A stretch of DNA of 64,000 nucleotides from Mobula hypostoma (Eukaryota). Location: positions 60,452,001 to 60,516,000 of the forward strand of contig NC_086097.1 of the NCBI RefSeq assembly GCF_963921235.1. The letters are read 5' to 3'. Under the pieces are notes generated by a model that was not told the origin of the DNA, searched no databases, and worked only from the letters and a program-made list of their open reading frames with translations. This document shows positions 62,747 to 64,000 of this stretch, piece after piece. Position 1 is the stretch's first letter, and the number at the start of each line of letters is the position of its first letter. Made by a program: the position numbers and the translations under genes.

Positions 62747-63256
62747 TGTAATGTTAATTGTTAAGGCTGACAAAGTGGCTTCTCTGTACTGTTAACTGCT
62801 GAGTAAAGTGTTCTCTGTAGCAGCATGTTTGGGTTATAATTAGTAATAACGGGACTTGTATTCATTTGCTAGCCAATGGAAGTCATGTTATTCTATCTGT
62901 ATGTGTGGTAACCGGAGGAGCGGGCTTTTGGTGGCGGAGAAGAGAAGAGGTCGGATGTGGGTCGAGCGCTCTGGTAGATCACCGGGAGTGATTCCACCCG
63001 AGGGTCGACGGTGTGCGGAGGAGATCGAGGGGAGGAACGGATGCCGAATTTCCTGAGCTCCAACAAATTATTTGTGCACAGAAATGATAAAATTTACTGA
63101 TTTGGCACCTTTATTTTATTTGTTTCTACTAACCCATCACCAAGAAATAATTATAAAGTGTAATCATTTACTTGCCTATTGTGTACCGTCTGATATTCTA
63201 TGTCGTGGGCTTGTACCGGGGTGCAATCACACAGTATCCACACCAACGCGATTACA
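62747..63256 (+). mobile_element. 5' LTR of a Ty3/Gypsy element
   Basis: TGTAAT...ATTACA terminal inverted repeat, followed by TGG at 63261 (PBS position) and a gag ATG at 63386. Confidence 0.85.
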
Positions 63257-63385
63257 GAGTTGGCAGGGTCAATGCCAGTTTACCCTAGACGAACGGGAGT
63301 CAAGTGGGGCATAGTCGCTACATGCTTGTCTGGGATTTGAATTTTCACGGATACTGTGTAATTTGTCCGGGTTAAATTAGTGAAG

Positions 63386-64000
63386 ATGGACCCGGATAAG
63401 ATTGAATGCTGGTGTGAGATTGAGGAAGTACCGGTTAATCATTCCTGCGTATTAAGTGGGGTGGATATACGTACCTCAGAGGAAGTGTTAATTCGATGGT
63501 TGAGTACGGTAAAAGCTGTAGGTAAAGTTGAAATCGTAGACAGAAGGTTTGGTAAAATGGCGGAGGCCGGATTTGTGTTAGTTCAGACTCGTGCTGATGT
63601 CACGGCAGCGGGACAGCCAGCGTCTATTGGTGACCACGGTGAAGCGGGATAGTGGACCGTGCACACTGTCACGGAGGGAGGGTCTGATAGGACACCAGAG
63701 GAGTTGCCTGATGCTGGGGGCAGAGATTTTAGAGATCGGGTCCTGTTGTTCCTGAAGGATGAAGGAAGGGAGTGGACAGATTTGGAAGTTTTACTTAGGC
63801 CCCACCCCCACGGATAAGTAGTCCCCATCTCCCACGGAAGGGTGAGGGCTCTGAGTTGGCCTCAGCCATTAACTCCCTGGTGAACAAGGCGGCGGGTCCT
63901 TGTCAGAAGTTAAGAGTTCTCTCTGGGAGGACTCCCACCCCCGTAGGGGAAGACGATTATGAGATATGGATAGAGCACATGTCTCAGCTGCTAGATGAGT
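63386..64000 (+). pseudogene. PNMA (paraneoplastic Ma)-like Gypsy gag, disrupted, runs off window
   Basis: WCEIEEVPVNHSCVLSGV..EEVLIRWLSTVKAVGKV; stop at 63650-63652; FLKDEGREW; frameshift; QKLRVLSGRTPTPVGEDDYEIWIEH. Confidence 0.85.

Noticed and set aside
63386..64000. Domesticated host PNMA gene
   Set aside because: Directly downstream of an LTR and disrupted by a stop and a frameshift.

Overview
Eukaryotic, AT-rich, repeat-dense DNA. It is not prokaryotic: there are no operons, CRISPR arrays or rRNA. The repeat repertoire suggests a cartilaginous fish, probably a ray (inference): CR1 LINEs with esterase ORF1, Rex1/Babar, L1, RTE, V-domain/HE1-like and other tRNA-derived SINEs, Penelope-like elements (PLEs), Ty3/Gypsy LTR elements and Tigger/hAT/Tc1 relics. 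I found no convincing host protein-coding exon, so the window reads as intron or intergenic DNA, and nearly all protein-like ORFs are decayed transposon fragments. The most notable signals are: (1) at least three sequence families of PLE terminal repeats carrying minimal hammerhead-ribozyme motifs, including one intact motif in a 96-bp insertion with a 9-bp target-site duplication (TSD) and fold-back mini-insertions sharing the same boundaries; (2) a twin-primed (5'-inverted) L1 with a 16-bp TSD; (3) an unexplained, highly base-paired GC-rich segment at about 16.6 kb; (4) a ~350-bp palindrome inside a deleted Tigger; (5) a Gypsy element with a PNMA-like gag. Family names come from motif recognition by eye, not database searches. 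Boundaries without a stated TSD or terminal inverted repeat (TIR) are approximate.
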